Notes under the pieces: model-generated | What the model was told of the DNA's origin: nothing | The model's input: only the letters and a program-made list of their open reading frames with translations | The model's database searches: none | Shown here: piece by piece, positions 33,268 to 41,623 of the stretch | Position numbering within the stretch: the first letter of the stretch is position 1 | Layout of the letters: each line of letters starts with the position of its first letter | Source: a virus | Reading direction: 5' to 3' (one strand) | IMG/VR virus record: IMGVR_UViG_3300050190_000059 | Span: 1-64,000 of that record | DNA: 64,000 nt | Position numbers and translations under genes: made by a program

Positions 33268-33956
33268 AGACCGCGCTCTTAGTCATTGCAACTGGGGAGA
33301 AGTACCACAAGTATATTCAGCCGCTGCTCCAATCGGCCAGAACCTATTTCGTCCCCCACACCCCGGTCGTCTTCTCCGACGCCAACAATATCGGCTTGGG
33401 AGAACGTCCTTACATGGTGATCGACCACGAGGCGTGGCCCGGTCCCACGCTACACCGATATCATACGTTTTTGAAGGCGAAAGAATATCTGGGATGTTTC
33501 GACCAGCTATTTTATATCGACGTCGACATGCTGTTCGTCGCACCAGTTGGGGACGAGATATTCTCCCACGGTCTTACTGCCGTGCTCCATCCCGGCTACG
33601 TCGGCATGAACAGCACTTCCGGTACTCCCGAAAGACGGAGAGAGTCCGCCGCGTTCACCCCACATAATACGGCCTATTATTGCGGAGGCTTTCAAGGTGG
33701 GGATACAGAAACATATTTGAGGGCGATGGAGTATATGGCTGCTGGAATTAAACTTGATGAGACGCGAGGAATAACTGCGGTGTGGCACGATGAGTCTCAC
33801 TGGAACGCCTTCTTGTCGACTATCGAAAGACCGACAAAGGTTTTTGGACCAGATTATTGTTACCCCGATGTACCCGGCGACTACTACCGCAATAAATGGC
33901 GCGCGGCGGGGCTGACGGTCACCCCAAAGATTTTGGCACTCACGAAAGAATCATGA
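33264..33956 (+). CDS. GT6-family glycosyltransferase (ABO / alpha-1,3-Gal(NAc)-transferase-like)
   Basis: LLVIATGEKYHKY...VVFSD, YIDVDMLFVAPVGDEI (DVD), LHPGYVG, ERRRESAAF, YYCGGFQGG, AVWHDESHWNAF. These are collinear with the vertebrate GTA/GTB motifs VDVDMEF, HPGFYG, YYLGGFFGG and AVWHDESHLNKY. Confidence 0.85.
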   Translation: MKTALLVIATGEKYHKYIQPLLQSARTYFVPHTPVVFSDANNIGLGERPYMVIDHEAWPGPTLHRYHTFLKAKEYLGCFDQLFYIDVDMLFVAPVGDEIFSHGLTAVLHPGYVGMNSTSGTPERRRESAAFTPHNTAYYCGGFQGGDTETYLRAMEYMAAGIKLDETRGITAVWHDESHWNAFLSTIERPTKVFGPDYCYPDVPGDYYRNKWRAAGLTVTPKILALTKES

Positions 33957-34681
33957 TTACCATTAAACTGATGGGAGGATTAGGAAATCAACTTTTCCAG
34001 CGGGCCTTCGGGCTGGCGTTAGAGGGCCGAGGTTACACAGTTCGATACGACTTGTTCGCGTTGAAAGAGGGCACTCACCGCGAGTACTCGCTTGGATACT
34101 TCAGCGACCTGCCAATCAGCCGTCAAGAGGGGCCGATTGTCAAGGAGGAGGGCGCGGGTTTTAACGCGGCCTATCTCAATCCGCCCGACACGTGCACCAT
34201 GACCGGGTATTGGCAATCGGAGAAATACTTCCTCCCGGTTGCGTACGAGGTTAACGAGGCATTCAGGTTTCGAGGGCCGCGTCCGCTACTGCCCGACTGT
34301 ATAGCGGTTCACGTGCGCCGGGGGGACTATGTCGATTTGCAACAGTTTCACGGCATGCCTGACATTAAGTATTATACAGAGGGCGTTGAGCACATCCGTC
34401 GCCGCGTGGGGGAACCTCTTAAGGTTTTAGTGCTATCGGATGACCGCCAGTGGTGTAGGGAAAATCTCCCCTCTGATTTCACAGTCGTAGAGGGTGCGAA
34501 CAAGTACGAGGACATGAAGATCATAGCTGCGTGCGGGTTCGCGGTGATCGCCAACAGCAGCTTCAGTTGGTGGGGCGCGTGGCTGGGAAGACAGCGGATA
34601 ATAGTTGCACCGAAGCAGTGGTTCACAGAGCCGTCAATGGATTCTAAGGATATCGTACCGGAGCGATGGAGAACACTATGA
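33953..34681 (+). CDS. GT11-family alpha-1,2-fucosyltransferase
   Basis: LMGGLGNQLFQRAFGLAL, HVRRGDYVD, VLSDDRQWC, NSSFSWWGAWL (the four GT11 motifs). Confidence 0.85.
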   Translation: MITIKLMGGLGNQLFQRAFGLALEGRGYTVRYDLFALKEGTHREYSLGYFSDLPISRQEGPIVKEEGAGFNAAYLNPPDTCTMTGYWQSEKYFLPVAYEVNEAFRFRGPRPLLPDCIAVHVRRGDYVDLQQFHGMPDIKYYTEGVEHIRRRVGEPLKVLVLSDDRQWCRENLPSDFTVVEGANKYEDMKIIAACGFAVIANSSFSWWGAWLGRQRIIVAPKQWFTEPSMDSKDIVPERWRTL

Positions 34682-35091
34682 GAGTATACTTAGGCGGCAC
34701 CTTTGACATCATTCATCCCGGCCACATCAAGCTGTTCCGATGGGCGAAATTTACCTTCGGTGAGGTGATAGTCGCGCTCAACACCGACGAGTTTATCCTG
34801 CGGTATAAGGGCAAGGCCCCGGCGATGACCTTCGAGCAGCGTGCGGACGTTCTCAGAGAGCTTCGTTCGGTGGACCGCGTTGTCACGAACACGGGCGACG
34901 AGGACTCAAGGCCATCGATTATCGAAGCCCGCCCGCAAGTCATCGCGGTAGGCTCCGACTGGACGAGAGATCGCATTTTGAAGCAACTGAATATCACTGA
35001 GGGATTCTTACTGCAATACAGCATCAACCTTGTGATCTACGGCAACTCTGACCCGATACACTCATCAGACATCAAGAAGAGAATGGCATGA
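34678..35091 (+). CDS. cytidylyltransferase-fold nucleotidyltransferase (TagD-like glycerol-3-phosphate cytidylyltransferase)
   Basis: GGTFDIIHPGHIKLF, NTDEF, RELRSVDRV, VGSDW, SSDIKKR. Collinear with TagD. Confidence 0.75.
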   Translation: MRVYLGGTFDIIHPGHIKLFRWAKFTFGEVIVALNTDEFILRYKGKAPAMTFEQRADVLRELRSVDRVVTNTGDEDSRPSIIEARPQVIAVGSDWTRDRILKQLNITEGFLLQYSINLVIYGNSDPIHSSDIKKRMA

Positions 35092-35726
35092 TAATCGAGG
35101 CGTTCATTCCGGATTGGGCAAGCCCCCGGGCGCACGCGGGGGCGTTGGCCGAGGCACTTGAGCCTTTTTGCAAGACGACTATCTTGAGTTCCTTCGACGT
35201 GCCTTTTTCAGTTCAGTGGGAGGAAGCAGTTTCTAAGTTCACTGGCGACATATTTTTGTGGGCGATGGCGGACATCGGATTTCGGGACCCTGTTGAAGAC
35301 ATCTTTGTTTCAATGTACCGCGCCTACTCGCGCGGCGACGTCGCTATGTACGCCCCCAACTTGGACTACACCGCGATGGTGTATGATACGAGCAAGTTAC
35401 GGCAGGTCGATCTTGGGCTGTTCGAAGTCGCGGGAACGGATTTAATCTTTGTTAGCCTGCACCGGGACCTGTTGGAATTGCTGCCCCCGCTGGGCTGCAA
35501 TACCCATGCGTGGGCCTATGATTATCTGATGACGCACATCGCGCACAGCAAACTCGGCAAGAAGGTCGTACGCGACTACAATTTCATGATCGCTCACCCG
35601 TACGGGAAAGCGTATAGTGAACCAGAAGCTATAGCGCAGCAAAACGAGTGGATACACCATCTGTCTTTTGTACACCAGATGGGCATCCGAGAACAGCAAG
35701 CGATTCAAGAAAGAACCCATGCTTAA
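35088..35726 (+). CDS. hypothetical protein in the glycosylation island
   Basis: 212-aa ORF, ATGA coupling. No diagnostic motif. Confidence 0.65.
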   Translation: MIIEAFIPDWASPRAHAGALAEALEPFCKTTILSSFDVPFSVQWEEAVSKFTGDIFLWAMADIGFRDPVEDIFVSMYRAYSRGDVAMYAPNLDYTAMVYDTSKLRQVDLGLFEVAGTDLIFVSLHRDLLELLPPLGCNTHAWAYDYLMTHIAHSKLGKKVVRDYNFMIAHPYGKAYSEPEAIAQQNEWIHHLSFVHQMGIREQQAIQERTHA

Positions 35727-36501
35727 GTTATTCACTTTCGTGAGCACGAACCCCGCGCTGCTCGAACTTCAGTACAACAGCTTTCTGCGACACATGAGGG
35801 AGCCGTTCGAGTTCGTCGTTATAAACAACGGCGCGCTCACGGACCACGACAAGTACATTGAGATTGCCAAAGAGTGCATGCGCCTCCACCTTCGGTTCAT
35901 AAGTGTGATGTACGACCCTATCCTCGCAGACCGACTGCGCAATTTAGGCGGCCACCGAGTGCTCGTCGGTAATATGTATGCTAACATGACTGCGGCCTGC
36001 GGATACGGGGTCGCGTGGGCGTGGGAGAACGTGATCTCGAAACAGCGCGGCACCGTCTGTCTGATGCACCACGACATGCTGATGGTGCGCGACGCCGTTC
36101 TGTCAGATCAGATGGAGGATGCTGACTTGGTATTTGTCCCGCAATCCCGTGAGGGCGTGCCCGTGCACTTGTGGGAGGGGTTCGTTCTCGCCAACATCGA
36201 CCGCATACCTGTGATGGACGCAGCGTGTTGGTGGTACGGTGAGATCGGTGATGTCAATGTGGACGTCGGAGGGATGTCACACTACTGGTTTCAAGCGCAC
36301 CCGCACCTGCGTTGGAAGGGAATTCCTACAGTCTCAGTCGAGGATACGCCCGACGTGAGTTTTCACCCAGCGGTATTTGAGCATCTGTATCTCGATGGCG
36401 AACCAACAATTCTACACTACCGCGCGGCATCCGACTGGATGAAGCTGGGGCCAGAGTACCACGAAAAGAAGATGCTGTGGCTAAGGGAGCAACTGCGATG
36501 A
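35719..36501 (+). CDS. hypothetical protein, possibly a GT-A-like glycosyltransferase
   Basis: FTFVSTNPALLELQYNSFLRHM..FEFVVINNG resembles a GT-A N-terminus (weak). Confidence 0.6.
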   Translation: MLKLFTFVSTNPALLELQYNSFLRHMREPFEFVVINNGALTDHDKYIEIAKECMRLHLRFISVMYDPILADRLRNLGGHRVLVGNMYANMTAACGYGVAWAWENVISKQRGTVCLMHHDMLMVRDAVLSDQMEDADLVFVPQSREGVPVHLWEGFVLANIDRIPVMDAACWWYGEIGDVNVDVGGMSHYWFQAHPHLRWKGIPTVSVEDTPDVSFHPAVFEHLYLDGEPTILHYRAASDWMKLGPEYHEKKMLWLREQLR

Positions 36502-37358
36502 TCGCAGGAAAAGTAAACATAGTTATCCCGCTCTACAATCAAGAGCAGTACATCACTCAGTGTGTCAATTCAGCCCTCGCTCAAACGTATCCGAATTTCG
36601 ACGTGACCATCGTTAATGATGGTTCAACCGACTATTCGAGACAGGTGTTACAGGAAGCGATTGACGCTTATTTGAACGTAGACAGCGTCAAGAGGGATGA
36701 ATTTTATAAGATAGTAGAAGAGAAAGGTCTAGAGACCAAGCGAACCAGCGATGGCATGTTTCCGGACCACGAAGAAAAATGGGCCTTGTGGGCGAGTTAT
36801 TTTCCGAACGGTGAGCGCGTCGCACCTCTCGTGATCGACCAACCGAATAAAGGTCTTTCCGAGTCCCGGAATATCGGGATTAGAAGCGGGGACGGGGAGT
36901 TTATTTTACCGCTTGACAGCGACGACTGGATTGATGTAGACTATCTAAGTAGGACCGTGCCCAAGATGGCGGACCCGAAGGTGGGCATCGTCTCCACCGA
37001 TATGCAGTACGAGGGGCTGTTGCGCAACCGCATCGCACCGCGCGGTCTAACGTTAGCGCATCAGATGAACTGCAATGACCTTCCAATCTGCTCGCTGATT
37101 AGACGAGAGGCGTGGGAGCAAACCCCCGGGTACGAGACCATCTTCGTTGACGTGGCAGGCAGCACGAAGGTTCTCGGTTATGAGGACTGGAATATGTGGA
37201 TTGATATTTTGAAGCGCGGCTGGACCGTGGCGGTCGTCAACGAGCCGCTGTTCCACTACCGCGTGAAACCAGTTTCGATGATAACGCAGGCGAAATCGAA
37301 GCACAACGGACTGGTGCGCGTGATTCATCTTCTGCATCCGGATTTGTGGAGACAATAG
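36498..37358 (+). CDS. GT2-family glycosyltransferase
   Basis: VNIVIPLYNQEQYITQCVNSALAQTYPNFDVTIVNDGSTD, LPLDSDDW (DxD). Confidence 0.85.
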   Translation: MIAGKVNIVIPLYNQEQYITQCVNSALAQTYPNFDVTIVNDGSTDYSRQVLQEAIDAYLNVDSVKRDEFYKIVEEKGLETKRTSDGMFPDHEEKWALWASYFPNGERVAPLVIDQPNKGLSESRNIGIRSGDGEFILPLDSDDWIDVDYLSRTVPKMADPKVGIVSTDMQYEGLLRNRIAPRGLTLAHQMNCNDLPICSLIRREAWEQTPGYETIFVDVAGSTKVLGYEDWNMWIDILKRGWTVAVVNEPLFHYRVKPVSMITQAKSKHNGLVRVIHLLHPDLWRQ

Positions 37359-38011
37359 TGAGGATAACTTTTATCGGCGACGTGCACGGGAAGACCGACC
37401 AGTACCAGAAAAAGCTGCGCCAGAAATTCGCCGGGAAGCGCACCTTCCAGATCGGGGACATGGGCGTTGGCTTCAAAGGCACCCCGGGTCTTCATAAAGA
37501 CATCATGACCAGCGGCGACCACAAGTGGATTCGCGGGAACCACGATGACCCGGCGAAGTGCCGACAGCAGTACGGATACGCGGGCGAGTACGGCTACCTG
37601 CCGGGGGACAAGCTGTTCTTCCTCGGTGGCGCGTTCTCCATCGACCGCGCGTGGCGCACCCCCGGCGTATCGTGGTGGGGCGACGAGGAACTCAGTTGGC
37701 CGGAACTCGCGAAGGCCGTCGACTTGTACATCGCGACGAAGCCTGAGATCGTGGCAACGCACGACTGCCCCAGCCGCATCTCAGAATACATGCTGACCGT
37801 GGTGCTCCCCAGCTTCCGACCGGAGAAACTGGACTGCATGTCCAGCCGCACCGCAGCCGCGTTGCAGCAGATGCTCGACATTCATCGCCCGAAAGAGTGG
37901 GTCTTCGGTCACTACCATATTGATACCTCTTTCGAGTGGCAGGGCGTAAAATTCACTTGCATCGCTGAACTTTCGGAGTATACTATAACTGACGAGGTGG
38001 TGACGCTGTGA
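37346..38011 (+). CDS. calcineurin-like metallophosphoesterase
   Basis: FIGDVHG, QIGDMG, IRGNHDD, ATHDCP, FGHYH. GTG start (37346 or 37358). Confidence 0.8.
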   Translation: METIVRITFIGDVHGKTDQYQKKLRQKFAGKRTFQIGDMGVGFKGTPGLHKDIMTSGDHKWIRGNHDDPAKCRQQYGYAGEYGYLPGDKLFFLGGAFSIDRAWRTPGVSWWGDEELSWPELAKAVDLYIATKPEIVATHDCPSRISEYMLTVVLPSFRPEKLDCMSSRTAAALQQMLDIHRPKEWVFGHYHIDTSFEWQGVKFTCIAELSEYTITDEVVTL

Positions 38012-38187
38012 AATACGAGTACATAAGATTAGAACTTAACATGGGCGACCTGACCGCGCTCAACGGTTTGTCGTCCGTGGGTTTCCGTGTCGTGGCCGTT
38101 TTGAGCGAACCACGGTATGTCGCCGTGGACGACTTCGCGGGTATGGTGCCGATAAATTACGCCTTGCTCGAAAGGCCTATACCATGA
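38008..38187 (+). CDS. DUF4177-like small protein (59 aa)
   Basis: VKYEYIRLELNMG...LNGLSSVGFRVVAV...LLERP. GTGA and ATGA coupling at both ends. Replaces the antisense ORF 38029..38238. Confidence 0.5.
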   Translation: MKYEYIRLELNMGDLTALNGLSSVGFRVVAVLSEPRYVAVDDFAGMVPINYALLERPIP

Positions 38188-38858
38188 ACGTTTATCTGAT
38201 AGCCGACACGCATCTGAAACACGAGGCCATGAAGACATACTGTCTACGCCCGCCCAACTTCACAGAACTCATACATAAGAACGTGATGAACACAGTGAAG
38301 GCAGAAGATACGCTGATACATTTAGGCGACGTGGGCATAGGTAAACACGCGGATTGGACGTGGATGGTGCGCGCATGGCCGGGTCGTAAAATACTGATAC
38401 GTGGTAATCACGATAGGGCACACTCTTGTGGATGGTGGGCAGAAACAGGCGGCTTTGATTTCGCGTGCGACTCGATGGTCTTCCGCAACGTGCTACTCAC
38501 CCACGAGCCAGCGAACGCGATCATAAAATCTGACGGCCATCGTCCGTACGGCGCGCTGGAAGAGGGTCTGCCGCAAGACTGCGAACTGAACGTGCACGGG
38601 CACCTTCACAACATCTGGGACGGATTCGCCAGCGAAGGACGTTTGGAGCGCGACAAGGAACTGCTCGGAATAGACTTCACCAAACGACTAAAGCACTCGT
38701 GGCAGCGGCTGTTCGCCGTGGAGTACACGAACTACATGCCAGTTGAATTCAACAAGTTTATATCGCAGCCGGACAAGTATCAGGCGAGAGGACCTAAACC
38801 GAAACATTTTTCGGAACTCCGCGATCAACTGATACTTCCAGCAACAGAGGAGAAATAA
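38184..38858 (+). CDS. calcineurin-like metallophosphoesterase
   Basis: LIADTHL, HLGDVG, IRGNHDR, LTHEP, VHGHLHN. Confidence 0.8.
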   Translation: MNVYLIADTHLKHEAMKTYCLRPPNFTELIHKNVMNTVKAEDTLIHLGDVGIGKHADWTWMVRAWPGRKILIRGNHDRAHSCGWWAETGGFDFACDSMVFRNVLLTHEPANAIIKSDGHRPYGALEEGLPQDCELNVHGHLHNIWDGFASEGRLERDKELLGIDFTKRLKHSWQRLFAVEYTNYMPVEFNKFISQPDKYQARGPKPKHFSELRDQLILPATEEK

Positions 38859-39385
38859 TGGCAGACTTTAATCAGGCAGTTCAGAAGACGTTAATACACG
38901 AGGGCGGGTATCAGAACCGTCCGCTGGACAAAGGCAACTGGTACAACGGAATCAACTACGGCACGAAGTACGGCATCACTGCCACCGACGTAGCGCATTA
39001 CTTTCCTACGCTCATTTCGGACTTGAACTGCGTTCGTAATCTGACGACGGCACAGGCCACGATAGTCTACAAGGGCGGGTACTGGAAAGACCTTTACTCC
39101 CAGATCAACGCGCAACTGGTCGCGGAGAAGCTGTTCGACATGGGCGTGCTGATGGGCGTGGGGACTGCGGTGAAACAATTGCAGATCACTTTGAAGAACG
39201 CGATTGCGATTGTGCCGGACGGCGTGTTCGGCCCCCAGACCTTGGCCGACGTTAACCAGCAGGACGGTACTCAACTATTAGCTAATTACCGCACCACGCT
39301 CATTCAACACGCGATCAACATCGTGAACAACAACCCGAACGACGCCGAAGACATCCAAGGCTGGATAACCCGCATCAACAGTTAA
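38858..39385 (+). CDS. endolysin: GH108 N-acetylmuramidase + PG_binding_3 domain
   Basis: TLIHEGGYQNRPLDKGNWYNGINYGTKYGIT (GH108 EGGY motif). C-terminal LQITLKNAIAIVPDGVFGPQTLADVN (peptidoglycan-binding). Confidence 0.8.
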   Translation: MADFNQAVQKTLIHEGGYQNRPLDKGNWYNGINYGTKYGITATDVAHYFPTLISDLNCVRNLTTAQATIVYKGGYWKDLYSQINAQLVAEKLFDMGVLMGVGTAVKQLQITLKNAIAIVPDGVFGPQTLADVNQQDGTQLLANYRTTLIQHAINIVNNNPNDAEDIQGWITRINS

Positions 39386-39393
39386 AGGCTCCC

Positions 39394-39723
39394 ATGATAA
39401 AAAAGTGGGTGATGACAAGGTTCATAGAGTGGGCTCCGGGGGAAAAACATCCGGCGACCCCGGTTAAGGTATTCAGGAATGTTCACGACTGCGATAAGAT
39501 TCGCCGCGTTCTGCTGGCGCGGTGCAACATCTGCAACTATGTCGTATCTCGCGACCCGATAGCGGTGAAGGAACTGCTTTATAAGTGCGACAACAAACGG
39601 TGCTGTTTGATAAGTCCCGGGCTGCACCAAGTGTGTGACGTTTGTTACTGGATGTGGCGCGCGTTGTACGCGAATCTAGGATTGAAAGACCAGAGGTACT
39701 TCAAAGAGGGAGGAGAGTTATGA
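39394..39723 (+). CDS. Cys-rich hypothetical protein
   Basis: 109-aa ORF. CNICNY...CDNKRCC...CDVC. Confidence 0.6.
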   Translation: MIKKWVMTRFIEWAPGEKHPATPVKVFRNVHDCDKIRRVLLARCNICNYVVSRDPIAVKELLYKCDNKRCCLISPGLHQVCDVCYWMWRALYANLGLKDQRYFKEGGEL

Positions 39724-39950
39724 GACACAAAATCAGCACGGTAGTATTTTCACAAGGTTGGCTGGACGGCCAGATTGAGAGCATGCTGGCGAACACCGCA
39801 GCCCATCAAAATGAGGACCCGACCGGGCACTTGGTCGTATCCCAGATCGCGGAACAGTGGGCCATCATCACCGCTGCGCTGGACGACCTGATTAAAGAGA
39901 ACGGCGAATTGAAGCGCAAGCTGTCTGTGGTTGAGAGCGCGTTTTTATGA
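39720..39950 (+). CDS. hypothetical protein
   Basis: ATGA-coupled internal ATG of ORF 39642..39950. Confidence 0.55.
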   Translation: MRHKISTVVFSQGWLDGQIESMLANTAAHQNEDPTGHLVVSQIAEQWAIITAALDDLIKENGELKRKLSVVESAFL

Positions 39951-40129
39951 ACATCCGCGAGTGCAGACAGTGCCACCGGATGGTCGACTTCGACGAACCG
40001 TGGTGCGCCCACGAGACGATGGAAGAGAGCGCGTGGATAGACATTCGCGAACGAGCCGCCGCCTTCGGTAGAGACGCAGCCGTGATAGACGACATCGTAG
40101 AGCAAGCGGCGAAAGACCTAATCAAGTGA
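39947..40129 (+). CDS. hypothetical protein
   Basis: 60-aa ORF, ATGA coupling. Confidence 0.55.
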   Translation: MNIRECRQCHRMVDFDEPWCAHETMEESAWIDIRERAAAFGRDAAVIDDIVEQAAKDLIK

Positions 40130-40653
40130 ACCTAAAGTGGAACGCGTCGCTCAGTCGTTTCGAAGCCGAGTTCTCGGACTTCCACGGGGACCTTGCTGCC
40201 GTGAAGGCGGCGGGTTTCAAAACGGATGGTCGCCCGGACTGGATTTGGTACACATACAAGGCCGAACCGTTGAACAAACTCCGCGAGACCCGACCCGCCA
40301 GTGGTCTCACAATCACCCCGGACGCAAAGCAGCAATTTGCCGTGCTGTACGCGGTCGAAGAACGCAACGCGAAGACGAAGGCCGAATTCGCGGAGCACAC
40401 AAAGGCCTTGAAAAAGAAGATTAAGGAAGAGACCCACGAGGGGACGACCCTAGTAATCGTCCCCGCGAAGGGCTACATCGAGGCCAGCGACCTCCCGCCG
40501 TTCACCCCCGTTTGTACGCAGTTCAACCCCCCAAACAAGCCGTCCACTGTGTGCATCATCTGCGGGGACCCTGTCTATTTTTACGAGCAGCAAAATCCGC
40601 CCGTGTGTCTGTGGTGTTCGAAAATAGTTCTTGACAACCCCGACGGAATATGA
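40126..40653 (+). CDS. hypothetical protein with C-terminal zinc ribbon
   Basis: 175-aa ORF. CIICGDPV...CLWCSK. Confidence 0.65.
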   Translation: MNLKWNASLSRFEAEFSDFHGDLAAVKAAGFKTDGRPDWIWYTYKAEPLNKLRETRPASGLTITPDAKQQFAVLYAVEERNAKTKAEFAEHTKALKKKIKEETHEGTTLVIVPAKGYIEASDLPPFTPVCTQFNPPNKPSTVCIICGDPVYFYEQQNPPVCLWCSKIVLDNPDGI

Positions 40654-40659
40654 GATGAT
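40631..40659 (+). promoter_or_regulatory. promoter, extended -10 (TGAGATGAT class)
   Basis: TTGACA (40631-40636), 17 nt, GATGAT (40654-40659), with TG at 40651-40652. Confidence 0.55.
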
Positions 40660-40676
40660 GTTTTTGGAGGATACAC

Positions 40677-40895
40677 ATGTCGAAATCATCAGATGATTTA
40701 GCTACGTTGTTCGGGAAATTTGTCGGTGCCCTTATTCTCGGTGCCGCGCTCTCTGTTCTGTTCGCGTGGGTCACCGGATATATCGTGAACCACTTATTCA
40801 CCGCTCAGTTTCTGACCCTCGTGTTCGGGCACCAAATTTCGTTTTGGCAGGCCTTCTGGCTTAACATTCTTATTGGTTTCGGAACCCGCCGATGA
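40677..40895 (+). CDS. two-TM small membrane protein (holin candidate, weak)
   Basis: FVGALILGAALSVLFAWVTGYIV and FWQAFWLNILIGFG. GGAGGA RBS. Confidence 0.6.
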   Translation: MSKSSDDLATLFGKFVGALILGAALSVLFAWVTGYIVNHLFTAQFLTLVFGHQISFWQAFWLNILIGFGTRR

Positions 40896-40999
40896 GATTC
40901 GACGACGGAGACGAATCCGCACCGACGTTTGTGGAACTGTTCATTTTGTACATACTCGGGATGGCCCCTCCTGAAGTCGAGGACACGCCGCCCCAGTGA
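40892..40999 (+). CDS. small acidic peptide (35 aa)
   Basis: ATGA and GTGA coupling at both ends. Below the ORF-track cutoff. Confidence 0.3.
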   Translation: MRFDDGDESAPTFVELFILYILGMAPPEVEDTPPQ

Positions 41000-41190
41000 G
41001 CCACAACTGCAAACTGACGGACAAGGACGGGTTCTACACCTTCACCTGCTCCCGCTGTCGAGCCTGTTACGTTTGCAAGCACAAGGCGGTTTATTTCGAC
41101 GAGGCAGGTAAGTGGATGTGGAAGTGCAAAACTGGAAAATTTGTTGAGGTGATCTTAGATGGTAGAATTCAATCGGGCAGCGTACGATAA
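40996..41190 (+). CDS. Cys-rich hypothetical protein
   Basis: 64-aa ORF. CSRCRACYVCKH... Confidence 0.5.
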   Translation: MSHNCKLTDKDGFYTFTCSRCRACYVCKHKAVYFDEAGKWMWKCKTGKFVEVILDGRIQSGSVR

Positions 41191-41623
41191 AAAATATTAT
41201 AGCCGAAACCGCGAAAGGATACTCGTTGTTGCAGCAGAATATCGTAAACAAAATAAGGAAGCAATCAACGAGCGTCTTCGTAAATGGTACCAAAACGGAG
41301 GAAGAGATGTTAAGAGGGCGTGGCGGTGGGCGGTTGAATACGGTTTGTCAGCCGTGGAAGTCGGCTCTTTGTTTTTGTTTCAGAAAAGCCGATGTGCGAT
41401 ATGCGGAAGTAAGACCAGTTTAGAGGGCCGTTGGAAATCTTTGAATATCGACCACGAACACGGCGGATTTAACAGAGTCAGGGGCCTTCTTTGCACCCTC
41501 TGTAATCAGATGCTCGGGTCACTGGAGAGACGGCCAAAACTTTTGAAGTTGTGTAAACCGTTTTGGGATTATATCAGTAATCCGCCAGCACGAAAATTGA
41601 AAATCGGAGGATGGAAATCATGA
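41159..41623 (+). CDS. recombination endonuclease VII-family nuclease
   Basis: CAICGSK...NIDHEHGGFNRVRGLLCTLCNQMLG. Confidence 0.8.
   Translation: MVEFNRAAYDKKYYSRNRERILVVAAEYRKQNKEAINERLRKWYQNGGRDVKRAWRWAVEYGLSAVEVGSLFLFQKSRCAICGSKTSLEGRWKSLNIDHEHGGFNRVRGLLCTLCNQMLGSLERRPKLLKLCKPFWDYISNPPARKLKIGGWKS

Noticed and set aside
38029-38238. 69-aa minus-strand ORF between the two phosphoesterases
   Set aside because: The + strand 38008..38187 ORF is coupled at both ends (GTGA and ATGA) and resembles DUF4177.
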